In this document: piece by piece, positions 27,744 through 39,143 of the stretch
Layout: every line of letters begins with the position of its first letter
How positions within the stretch are numbered: the first letter of the stretch is position 1
Assembly: GCA_002633005.1 (NCBI GenBank)
Contig: NMRA01000032.1
Coordinates: 910,911-974,910, forward strand
Direction of reading: 5' to 3'
DNA from: Phoronis australis
Taxonomy: Eukaryota > Animalia > Phoronida
DNA length: 64,000 bases
Notes under the pieces: generated by a model
The model's database searches: none
The model's input: only the letters and a program-made list of their open reading frames with translations
Told to the model about the DNA's origin: nothing
Position numbers and translations under genes: made by a program

Positions 27744-28641
27744 CTGTCAATCAAAACAAAATATTTATAGTGTTGGCAGAAATTAATATGTAACGAACCA
27801 CCAGAATGCAAAACTACAGAACTGAGTTTTTTACAACAGCATATGAAGTTGTCTGTGTAGGAAATCAGATACACATTGAAAATACATGAGAAAATCATGC
27901 TTTGCTGAAATCTAATTTGCTGGATGTAGTTGAGTGTCATCTCAGTTCAGCTAGGTCCATTAGAAACTCTGGCCATTTCACAGCGTTTATGCTTCTTCAA
28001 TAATTTGTACAAGAACAGTGAGTGTCATCAATTCAAAATATCACGAACACTGATCTAAGTTCCCGCCGTGTGTAGCGAAGCAAATTACCACATTGGCGAT
28101 GGCTTCACAGCAAAAAACATTACCTGAAAAAATTGCAACATTGTGGATTGAAATTGGGGATTTTGAAATAGAATTCCTTGTGAAACATTGGGTTTGGATC
28201 ATTTTTCTCCAAAAAAATACAAAAAACAATAGCCAAATACCATATGATTGGATACAGGTTGTTGACATTGTTTTCAATCAGGATGTGTTCACCTTTATGC
28301 AAACATACTCATTTCCATTGGGTTTAAAAAAAACCTTCAAACATGGTACATAGCTGACATGCAAGTCATGTTGCCAGACAAAAGACTGTGGGAACGCTTA
28401 ACAAAGAACTAAACTGATTGAATGAAAAATATTAGTAACGAGGGAAACCAAACAAAAAATGGCATGGATCAAGTCGGAGGTTTATGCCACTTTTAAGTAA
28501 GAAAAGATGCTTTACCCCACATACTTTTCAGAGATCCGTCACAGGTCAATCATGGCTGCGAATACCATATTATAGTTAAAGATTTGGATGAAAATCCAAT
28601 ATTTCACGAAAAGAACTAAACCATTTCACATAAATCCTTAC

Positions 28642-28840
28642 TTGACTGTAACAGCTGCCATGGCTAACCAGGATTTTACAGACGTTGACAGCTGAGTCGC
28701 AGCATGATTGATAAGCAGACGAGCACCCTGCCACTTCTGACGGGCCACGCTGACTCGTTGTCTTCGGTCAAGAAGCATGTCCAATTCTGCTTCGAGCTCA
28801 TACTCACGGTCGCTTCCGTATTTTCCATCAAACACCGAAG
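28642..28840 (-). CDS. Uncharacterised acylated coiled-coil protein, helical core exon
   Basis: ATGCAG acceptor, GTAAGG donor. 199 nt, phase 1 to 2. Encodes ASVFDGKYGSDREYELEAELDMLLDRRQRVSVARQKWQGARLLINHA... Confidence 0.9.
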
Positions 28841-29422
28841 CTGCATGGAATAATTAACACCATGTCAACGCAACAAATTGAAATACGTGAGCTTATCGCA
28901 ACACAGACTCTTTCAGAAATTTACATGAAAGGTAACTCTGCTCTTTTGCAAAGGTTGAAAGATACATTGAATGATTGGTCCAATAAAGGAAATGCCACGA
29001 TATTTCTGGAATGTGACAGACAAGCAAAGATGCACACATGAATAACTGTCCAGTTTGTCAACGTTCTTGGTGTGAGAATCACGAATCTTGGTGCAACGTA
29101 CACCAAACCATTGAGGTGATCTATTACTAGATTTATTTAGTGAGTGTTGAAATAACCATAAGGTAAAATTAAGTAGTGATAAGCACAGTAGTGGTAAATA
29201 GTGTGATAGGTGCCTGGAGAATGTTCAGCATTGCAGATAAATACCACAGACTCAGAACGGCACTGTGGTTTTTGGGGATGGTGCTTTTACTCTACCCGTA
29301 ATCACCAAGACAAAGCAACCCATTTGACAAGGAATACCCCAGTAACACAAATTTCCATGTAAAGACTGCTACACATTGAGAAAATGAATCATAATTCCAT
29401 AAAAATTAAAAAACATTATTAC

Positions 29423-29579
29423 CTAATAACTCGTCTTGTGCTTTGTATAACACAAACATCTTTGTTGCTTCATCTTTCTTGGATGCCAATTCCGCATGTA
29501 TTTTGTTTCTTTGGAGAGTTATGCCCTCCAAATCTTTCTTAGCCACCTCTTCTTCATTAAGCGCTTCCAAATACTCTTC
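29423..29579 (-). CDS. Uncharacterised acylated coiled-coil protein exon
   Basis: TTTGCAG acceptor, GTAATA donor. 157 nt, phase 0 to 1. Encodes EEYLEALNEEEVAKKDLEGITLQRNK...AQDELL. Confidence 0.88.
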
Positions 29580-30042
29580 CTGCAAATAGCACCTCACATT
29601 AACAACTTCAAATTCTTGTGAGCAACAGAGGCCAATATGACAAATGCAAGACGGTTCCTTCTTTTAATGGACATTTTTCAACGTAACATATTTTTGCATG
29701 AATCATTTGATCATATCAATGCAAACTAGTGGCAACTGACGACAATCCTAACTAATTATAAAAATGCTGTGAAATCTCAATCCATAAAATCTCCAATTCA
29801 AGACACAGGTGATTAATAGGTGGCGCTAAATGCTGTCTATCCAGTACTCTACTGCCATTTGCAACAGAAAAATGTGTTGCCACTACATCAGAAAATGTCT
29901 AGTACAATGCAGTTTTCTGACAAAATTAACTGACACACTTTCCACAGTCAATGATCACTGAACATGACAGATTCACTCAAGGAATCAAGAAAATGAGGCT
30001 ATTTTGTGAAAAATACTAGAAAAACAACATCATGACACCTAC

Positions 30043-30136
30043 CTGTTCTTTTGACAAGGCAGCGTCAAACTTATCTCTCAAAAATGCCTTCACGTTAGGT
30101 GTATTGACTTTGTCCACGTCTTCTTTTTCCTTTTGC
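30043..30136 (-). CDS. Uncharacterised acylated coiled-coil protein exon
   Basis: TATTTAG acceptor, GTAGGT donor. 94 nt, phase 2 to 0. Encodes QKEKEDVDKVNTPNVKAFLRDKFDAALSKEQ. Confidence 0.87.
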
Positions 30137-30709
30137 CTAAATAAGACATTTCACTCAACATATTGGTTGGGGGCTTAGACAGATAAACTGAATTAAAGCA
30201 ACGGACTTTTGAATAGATAATAATCGACATGCAATTATCCCAAAATGGGGATTCATGAGATATCTATCCTTCCTGCTACTTGGTAACTGGACATTTTAAA
30301 AGTTTGTCTGCTGTGATGACTAAATGTCCCACAATCCGTTGCATGTATGACGTCTGATTCTATCCATTGGAAGGTCATCGCAAGACCGAGGTCGCGCAAT
30401 ATAGTGGATAATTACTAAAATCTCTTATTGTAAGCATTAACTATGCACTTTTTGAAAAAATCTAATATCAAAATTCAACTAAAAATCACGGTAAAAAGGC
30501 CCAAATAATCCCATTTATACCTGTCCAATCCATTTTTCTTATTCAAAATTTTCTGAGACAACAGACAAAGGGCAGCACATACAAAATGATTCAGGCCACT
30601 TTGGGAATTAAACAGATCTAAAATGCAAATTTCACTGGTAAAGCAATCACATATGACCAAGCACTAAGTTACAAAAACGACAAAAATATAACAAAACAAA
30701 CTCTCTTAC

Positions 30710-30891
30710 GTCTTCTGAACGCATCGGTCATAGTGTTCTTGAAGCTGTTTAATCGTATCATTCAATTCAGCCAGTTCATCCATAGTAGCCTTCAGGTTTT
30801 TCAAGTGACTGCAATTCTCCATGTGCCGTATCTGTTTTTCCAGGTTCAAATACTGAGTAAGAAGTTCTGGACCTATTTCCACTTGCTTTAT
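30710..30891 (-). CDS. Uncharacterised acylated coiled-coil protein exon
   Basis: TCTCTATAG acceptor, GTAAGA donor. 182 nt, phase 0 to 2. Encodes IKQVEIGPELLTQYLNLEKQIRHME...LQEHYDRCVQK, a different frame from the ORF listed in the track. Confidence 0.87.
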
Positions 30892-31498
30892 CTATAGAGA
30901 GAACCAAAATGTGGGATGCAATAATCATGCAGCCAAAACCTTGAAGGATGCGAAGGAATTGCATTTGGTCAAACAAATATCTATTTGATCCCTGTTGTAA
31001 GGAAATTTTATAACGCCACTCATGTGAACGGTCATAAAGTTTCAGCCACCTCCTTTGTTGTCAGTCACTTAACAAATTGATACTTAAGATCATTATCAGT
31101 ATGTATGAGCAGCTATCTGAATGTGAACACTCAAGTACAAGAGGACAAACAACCAGCCATTTTCCACTTTGCAGGCATGTACACAGCATTTAACACAAGA
31201 CAAACAGGTGCTTATAAAAAATATGCGTTTCACTAGTATGTAACACTGCATTGGTATATGGTGATGAGTCACCTAGATCTAACACAACAACAAATAACAT
31301 GAGACATCTTTTAATACCTCACGTAACTATTTAACTATTTTAACTCTTTCCTTTGTAATTTACCACTTTAGTCTTAGAGCAGGTGTAAATGCATGTTCCA
31401 TCCAAGAAGCAAAATTTTGACTCAGGCTCCCAATACAAAATTGGTTTCAACTTAAAAGAGAAGTGCTTTCTGGCATTGCCAAATTGAAGAACTGACAG

Positions 31499-31645
31499 CT
31501 CTGGCGGATTTAAAGGGGGGGCCAACGGGACCATGGTCCAACCTAAAATTCATCTAGATTCTATTTGGCAGTTTGGGAGTGCGAATGCCTGACAGGCAAA
31601 ATCCTGNCCCCCCCCCCCCAACTCAAAATCTTTGATCCGCACCTG
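31499..31645. mobile_element. ~147-bp MITE with 5-bp TSD, same structural family as 7169-7325
   Basis: CTCTGGCGGATTTAAAGGGGGGG ... CCCCC..AAATCTTTGATCCGCACCTG, flanked by GACAG at 31494-31498 and 31646-31650. Contains the N at 31607. Confidence 0.72.
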
Positions 31646-31827
31646 GACAGTTTGTTATTCAAAGAGAACACAGCAATTTCGTAATGATAAGTGATCTAAA
31701 TAAAAAAAAAATGCTTTCTGTGAAGATTTATTGCCACTTTAAATAATTTGTAAAGCAATACAAGTCTACTGGTAATTGCCAATTTTACCACAATTACCTC
31801 TTGTAACAGAAGAATGCATTTACTTAC

Positions 31828-31845
31828 CTCAATATCTGTTTCTTC
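31828..31845 (-). CDS. 18-nt microexon (EETDIE), phase 0-0
   Basis: TTCTTTTCTTCTTTGTAG GAAGAAACAGATATTGAG GTAAGT; both splice sites are near-ideal. Confidence 0.75.
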
Positions 31846-32951
31846 CTACAAAGAAGAAAAGAATCAATGTATCACACGATATCAATACATATTGCTATGA
31901 TATCCTATAATCACATCAGAACTATAATCAATCATTTTAATGGTGAAGTAAAGAAAACTAACACAAGACGACACCATAAATGCATCACACCCACTACAAG
32001 AAAAAAAACACAACTATAATTATCAACAAAACCAGCAAAATAAAACAAATCATGCAGATTCTACTCCTGATGACTCATCAGCTCTCAGTGACTGCTTCAC
32101 TTTCATTGCACACCTTAATACAATAAATATTAATATCATTTCTGAGATTCAAAAATAGTGCCAAGTCTTTGGTATTGCACATATGCAATCTAATCAAACA
32201 GACAGTCACAAAAATGAGCGTTATTTTAAGCAGTAATAAACCCGAGTTTCGTCCAAAAAACAAAGTTTTGATTTAGACCACTTGCCATTTTAAAGTGATG
32301 TCAACTTCCACATGAGAAGCTACATCTCTGTTTTCAAAGACCTGACAGTGCGTTGTTCCTTGAGACCATGCTCGGTGCATAAAATGACACACCATGGCAA
32401 GTCAACTGAGCTTGGTTAAGACAATTTCTTTGGAAGCCCAGAAATCATTTTCAACTTGAACAATTCCAGATCAGTTTCAGAATGGTAAGTGGTTCAACTC
32501 AAAAGTTTTTTGGTGATGGAAGGTGGGTTTAATTGTCGTTTCACACAGTCTGTACTACATTAATATTCATGTACTTACAAAAAGCACAATAAGGCAATCT
32601 CAATATCATAATGATACAAAATTAATTCCACAAACTTGTTTTCATAAATTAAACAACAACAAACAACTTCACACTCAAATCATACAGTCTGCAAACAAAT
32701 CAAGATGTACATGAAACCAACCAGGAATAAATAATCAACTTACGCAAATAAATAATAAATAGTTGAAACAATCACAATACCACAACAAAACAAGACAAGG
32801 AGGATACCGCCTCTTTTCTTGAAACATTTAATTATTCTCAAGATCAGAAAGCAAACAACATGGCTGTATTATATGTACAGGTACACACTCCTTGTAAGTT
32901 TTACCGTGTTATCATGGTACACAATGCACTTATTCATATCACACATCTAAC

Positions 32952-35900
32952 CTTCCTAACGCTGTGATGTCTACTATCCATACCAACAGTGACCCCTGAA
33001 ATAATTTGCTCAACACTGACATTAGTTGAATTCTCGTTGGAGACAACCGTTGCAGTTTCAGATTCATTAGACATAACCGTCGTCTGCTCTCTGCTGCAGC
33101 TCAAAGAGCCAAATTTTTCATTAGCTGTGACTTGCTGGTCGTCAATAGATGTCGCCTTGGATTGGCTCTCTGTGCTATCAACTGGCTTGTTATCCTCAAG
33201 AACATTGCCATGTTGTTCATTCACCGTTATGTTGATTTCTGCTTCTGATGCATTGACTACTGTAGAGTTAGAAACCTCTGTATGGTGATGAACGACAGAG
33301 GTGTTATGGGTAATATACGTTTTGTTAACCACCGTCTCCTGAGTGACAAACACACCTGTATGTTGGATAGCAACTTCATGGTCTCCACTAGATTGTGAAC
33401 TATTTCCAGCATCTTCATTTTCAAGAACTTGTTGCTCAACTATCTTGCCATTTTCGTTACTTCCATGTTCCTCATAATTTCCCCGATGTTCAGAAGTGAA
33501 GACAGCTTCACCCTTTTTGAGAGACGAATTTGTCTTCTTTACGTCCAAATTTTGATTTTCCGTGACTGAAAGTTCTACTTCATGGCTACTCTCCAAGGTC
33601 TTCTTCTCTTTTATCTGGCTTTCAGTGACTGAAGTCAATATTTCATGCTCATTATTTTGATATTTTTTCTCCTCCCTCAGAGTTTCAACGACTGAAGTTA
33701 TTATTTCATGGTCATTCTCTGTGTTCTTTTCCTCTTTGCTCTCGGTTACACTGACTGAAGTCACTATGTCATGATTCTCTATGTGCTCTTTCTCTTTCTT
33801 TTGACTTTCAGTGACTGAAGTCACTATTTCTTGGGTTTTCTCAGAGCTCATTTGTACCATGTTTTGGTCTTCATTTACTGAAGTGACTATTTGTTGCTCA
33901 CTCTGAACAACTAACATACATTCTGATTCAGGATTTTGATCAACATCATCGCGATTGCCTTCAGAATCAGAAATGCAGCTCTCTTCTGTTGTGATGTTTC
34001 GTGTGGTCATGGTATTGATGCAAGTCTCTTCACCCTGTTTATGTGACTCATTTGTTCTGCCTGTCTCAAGAACAGAGTTACTACTAGATATGTTGCTTCC
34101 TTCTTCAACATTTGTCTCAGTCACAGAAGTAACCACAGATTCCTCTGTTTGACCTTCTTCAGTGACAACTGTAGTTTTTGTTACTGTAGTTGTGACAGTT
34201 GTAACTGTTATGGTTTCACTTTGGGACTGGCTTGCTTCTTTCATCTGTGTCTCAACCAAGACATCTGAATGTTCTATGTTTTTGTTGTTTTCACTCACCA
34301 TCTGGACTTCAGTAGTAATTTTACCACTGTCCTCTTGGTACTTGCTCGTTTCCATAGAATAATCTTCATGAAAGCTACCTTTTCTAGATTTGTCTGCTTC
34401 AACACTGTTATAAGTGTTGACCTCTTGGTCTTTTTTCATTTCAGTGGAGTCAATAGTGGTATCATTTTGGGATTCTTTTGCTTCAGCAGAAGCATCAAGA
34501 TTACTTTGGCTCTCTGTTGTTTCAAACGAAGTCATAGTAGTTATTACAAATTCTTTGTCCTGGCCAATATTCCTCTTCTCTCCAACTGTTTCTTTGGAGC
34601 TGTTTTTATCAAAAGCTTCATTCTCATCATGAAATACAGCATCTTGTTTGACTTCATCACGCTCTCCATAACGAGTCAGTACATTTATCCTCTCCTCCTC
34701 TTCCACCACAGATGTAACCCGACTACTTTCTTTCATTTCTTCCTCTTTTTTAACTACATGCCAAACACTTTTCTGGTCAACCTTCTCCTCTCCGCTGTTT
34801 AGGTCTTGGTGTCTTCCAGCGTCTTTTTTCTCATCCTCATTCTTTTGCTCATCACTTTCCACATGCACATTTCTCCTATTTTCTGAAAATATGATTTCTA
34901 CTTCTGTATCTGCATCAACAGTACTTTCTGAAACAACTGTTGATGTTACCACTGCAGCTGCTGCTCTAGTTGTTGTTGTTGTTGTTGATATCTCTGTAGA
35001 ACTCACAAGCACTTCAGATTCTGTTTTCTGGCAATTAAGCTCCTTCATTTGCTCTTTATGCATATTTTCCTGCTCAGTTTTTTCTTCTGTGATCTCATGA
35101 CCTGTTTCAGTAGTTTGTTGGAGGATGGTGCTTTCACCTTCAGTAGTACTAGCAGACGTTACAGTTACTGATGTTTCTGACTGCAGATGTGTCTCTGTTG
35201 CATCATCCAGCTTGGCATTGTCACATTCAGTGGGAGACGTGCTTGCTATCACCAAGTGAGAGCCAGTGGATTTCATCTTGTCAGATTGCTCAGCAAAGAA
35301 CTGTCGAGAGTCTTGTCTTGATTCATAACCTTGGAACTCCTCGTGTTTTTGAATATTTACGGATGAGCCGGAGGAGGATGATTGTTGAAAAGTTTTTGCA
35401 TCACCTCTCAAGGATAAAAGAGATGTCTTCGAGGCATTCATTTTCTTTTCATTAGCATCTCTTAAGGATACAAGAGATATCTTTGAGGCATTCATTTTCT
35501 TCTCATTACCATCTCCTAGAGAGACAAGAGATGTCTTCGAGGCATTCTTTTTCTTTTCATTAGCATCTGTTAAGGATGTAAGAGATGTCTTTGAGGCATT
35601 CATTTTCTGTTCATTAGCATCTCTTAAGGACACAAGAGATGTCTTTGAGGCATTCATTTTCTGTTCATTACTATCTCTTAAGGACGCAAGAGATGTCTTT
35701 GAGGCATTCATTTTCCTCTCATCAGTATCTCTCAGGGAAACAAGAGCTGCCTGCGATGCATTCTTTTTCTGCTCATTACTATCTCTTAAGGACACAAGAG
35801 ATGTCTTTGAGGCATTCATTTTCCTCTCATCAGTATCTCTCAGGGAAACAAGAGCTGCCTGCGATGCATTCTTTTTCTGCTCATTACTATCTCTTAAGGA

Positions 35901-36515
35901 CACAAGAGATGTCTTTGAGGCATTCATTTTCTTCTCATCAGTATCTCTCAGGGAAACAAGAGCTGCCTGCGATCCATTCATTTTATGTTCATTACTATCT
36001 CTTAAGGATGCAAGAGATGTCTTTGAGGCATTCATTTTCCTCTCATCAGCATCTCTTAGGGGTAGAACAGATGATTTTGAGGCATTCTCTTCCTTTACCA
36101 AAGCATCTTGTAAGGAAACAAGAGATGACCTAGAAACTTTCGTCTTCTTTACGCCTGCTCCCTTCCCTGAGGATTGGCCAGATTGACATCGACGTGATCT
36201 TTCAGACAGGTCACCACTGCCATAGCCACTGCATTGTTCAGGAGTTTCATCTTCCGAAGACGAAGAGTCTGAAGAAGACGATGACGATGATGATGATGAT
36301 GATGATGAGGAGGAGGAGGAAGAGCTACTTTTGGATTTCTTCTTCTTCTTCTCCTTCTTCTCCATCTTATTCTTTTTCTTCTCCTTCTTCTCCTTCTTTT
36401 CCTTCTTTTCCTTCTCTTCCTTCTTCTCCTTCTTCTCCTTCTTCTCCATCTTCTTCTTCTTCTTCTTCTTTTCCTTTTTCTCCTTCCACTCTAACTGGTT
36501 TTCTGCTTGGATGCT
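32952..36515 (-). CDS. Giant (~3.56 kb, ~1188 codon) low-complexity exon of the uncharacterised acylated protein
   Basis: Lies within the 1224-aa ORF 32934-36608. AAG/GTTAGA donor at 32951 is phase 0. The in-frame AG acceptor at 36517-36516 is weak, so the 5' boundary is uncertain. Flanking exons are phase 0. The product is E/S/T/K-rich and probably disordered. Confidence 0.72.
33555..33900 (-). repeat. Degenerate ~20-21 aa coding repeat (H/Q-E-I-V-T-S-V-T-E)
   Basis: QQIVTSVNE, QEIVTSVTE, HDIVTSVSV, HEIITSVVE, HEILTSVTE, HEVELSVTE; recurring GACTGAAGT on the + strand. Confidence 0.75.
35401..36135 (-). repeat. 54-bp (18-aa) coding tandem repeat, ~13 units, partly as 108-bp dimers
   Basis: E(R/K/Q)K(M/K)NASKTSL(V/A)SLRD(S/A)N alternates with EQKKNASQAALVSLRDTD; CAAGAGATGTCTTTGAGGCATTC recurs on the + strand. 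Confidence 0.95.
36255..36485 (-). repeat. Trinucleotide-type coding tracts: Lys/Glu-rich block followed by poly-Ser
   Basis: (TTC/CTC)n and (GAT/GAG)n runs on the + strand translate on the - strand as KEKKEKKKKKKKMEKK... and SSSSSSS... Confidence 0.9.
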
Positions 36516-38777
36516 CTTGAGTTCCAAATCAGAAATTAACATGTGATGAAAAGTTGACACTAATGAATAACAAAGCAGTGCAACAATTCTGCAATATTCA
36601 TAATTCAAGTTTGGAGGACAAAATCACGCACTCAAGGTCTCCACAGGTTTGGAAATTTGTGACCGCCAGATGAATAGAGGGGCAAAGAATACATTTTAAA
36701 AATATGAAAACTTTAGTAAGTGTTTACCAATAACAATAACTTCACATACATCTATCTAAACCTGTCAGCCAGGGATAAAAGCTCATTATTTTCTGATAGG
36801 CATCAGAAAAAAAATCAATAATTTTGTATGCCCAAGAAATGCACATGTTCTATGAACTTTGCATACGCCACAGTAAAACAGTGGCACTGTTGCAAAAATG
36901 AATTAAACATTGTATGGCGCAAAAAATAAATCATAGAATGATTTCAAATATAACACTTATCAAAATTCATAACAAAGTATTTTAATGTCTTTTAAATTGC
37001 GCTGACCGTCTCATTTAGTAACGCAAATGAAGCGTAATTAACCTGAAATCTTCCCAAAATATAATAGACACAAAGGAACATACTATCAGGCACTTCAAAC
37101 AAGAGCAGATAGACAAGATTTTAACAGACATAAAAGCTACAGGAAAAAATGATTCAAGACATTACAATTGTGCATGTGACTTCTCCGCAGATTTTTCTTT
37201 GACTATATAATAATAAACTTGAGTTTAAAACCGTTGTACTGAACACAAATTCATGAAATTTAATGCCTTTTCACATAAGAATGAAATACACGTTGTTAAA
37301 GATTCAACAAGCTTTTCGAAAAATGTTACCTAAATACCAGAGAAAAAAAATAATAAAAGACATAGCCAAGATAAATTGTACACACAGAAACAGTCTCAAT
37401 CCCTTGTTAGAATAGAAAACAATTAAAATGCCTGCTGACATACGAGTCATGAATCTTAGAAGAAAATGTGAAAGGCAGCTTCTCTTAGTTGTTAGTAAAC
37501 AGGTGAATATGAAGACTGTAGAGATATTAACAACAGTCATGCATGCAACTAAATATTTGGGATAACTAAATCTACTATTAATAGAACCCGTTTTGAAGGT
37601 TTTTTAAACCAAACAGTTACTGAAAGCATTATCTTGAAAATTGTATGTAATGATTTTCACGTTCTTCTAAAAGATGAGCATGTTTCGTTCAGTTTCACAA
37701 ATCCACCTGTATCACTCATTTTTAACATGCAAAAGATGAAGACCCACGCAATGCTAATTAGGTCAAGCCAAAATGGCACTCTTCAATAAATCAAGTTATT
37801 GCGACAAATTTTTTCATTGAAGCTCACTCAAAGTATTCTTTTGTTATGTGTAACCATGAAAAATAACTCACCGTATTAAAAAACAAAGATTTTTCACCTC
37901 AAAACATAAACCAGAACAATTGTGCTCTATTAAGATCACTGTTTTTTGCCTGGCCATGTGAAGAATGAATACATTAGGCAATTTACTTTGCCATTTAATG
38001 GTCACTCTAAATCATGAACCAAATCAATGGCGCTGTAATAAAATGTTCTTTGCTTGCTCACAAAAAGAATAATTGCGTAATTTGCCATTTAATGGTCATA
38101 TGGTCCACTTAAAGGTCCATGCACAGCCACCTTTGAAAACCAATGTTGGTTCATGTTTGGAGCGGAACCCTAAGTAGTTTTTGTTCTTCAATACACCGCG
38201 TTAGCATTAATTACATACCAAAATCGAGTTCATTTATTTATATAAATGTATTGTTATAAATCAGTAAATCAGTGCCTTGGTATAGTATAAGTAAGAAATA
38301 TAAGTCTTCTTACACACCATATGTGGGAATATGAACGACCTATAGTTAAGCCTAGAAAGATATGTTCATTAATTATTTCAACTGGAAAATTAACCACTGC
38401 ATACTTGATTTACTCAAGCATGAAATTTCACCAAATTACCACTGCGTGAGACTAAGGATCTTTTAGTCAAACAATGTTATGTATTAAAAAGAAGTTCCCT
38501 TGTTCAGCCGTGTTACGAATATTGTAACATCAAAAAATAAAACGGGGTTCTATCCTAACATTCTCTGGGTACGGAATCTCATCTTCAAACTCAGACTCAA
38601 CTCAGAATCTAAATTTAGCCAACCATGGTGCACGATTCGAGTTCAATTTTGTTAGTTTATTCAAAGCGTGACATGCGATTGGTCAATTTTGGAAGTCCAG
38701 TTTTGAGTACAGAGACAAGACCCCGGACCCTGGTTTCCATGCAGTAATGCAAGACTACGGGATGGGGAATATCTAAC

Positions 38778-38819
38778 CTCATCTTCATCAGTTTGTAAGA
38801 CGACTTGTGCTTCTTGTTT
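38778..38819 (-). CDS. 42-nt small exon (KQEAQVVLQTDEDE), phase 0-0
   Basis: GTGATTAG acceptor, GAG/GTTAGA donor; open and frame-preserving. Confidence 0.65.
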
Positions 38820-39113
38820 CTAATCACAGGACAGTAACAGTGTTACTAAAGTATTGTGTGTTGACAATTGATAAAGTAGGTTACTTAAAACAGTCAATAA
38901 AAGTGTAAATATATTTAAACACGAATCAAATTTATCTAGAAAGTTACAAATAAACTCACTTAACAAAATTATATTGTTTATGATATTAATGATATTTATA
39001 CTTCAATGAGTTTGAACATAAAATTACTAAAATTATATGAACAAAACAACTCAACATGTTTGGATGTGGTGAATTGAAACAATGAAATAAGATATAGACA
39101 GAAATACGCTTAC

Positions 39114-39143
39114 CGACTCAGAGGCCTGGGGTGGGGATTGGTT
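39114..39143 (-). CDS. 30-nt microexon (NQSPPQASES), phase 0-0
   Basis: TTTTGTGTTTCAG acceptor, GTAAGC donor; a GC-rich island in AT-rich intron sequence. Confidence 0.72.

Noticed and set aside
32934-32951. ORF end ...VRCVI as a CaaX prenylation box
   Set aside because: Cys is third from the end rather than fourth, and these codons lie past a good splice donor.
35401-36135. Regular repeat array as a possible CRISPR array
   Set aside because: Units are contiguous 54-bp in-frame coding repeats with no unique spacers, there are no cas genes, and the context is eukaryotic.
36516-36608. Hydrophobic N-terminus of the 1224-aa ORF as a signal peptide of a stand-alone secreted protein
   Set aside because: The ORF begins at a non-ATG codon (TTG) and this part looks like intron sequence upstream of the acceptor. 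It is not fully excluded without transcripts.
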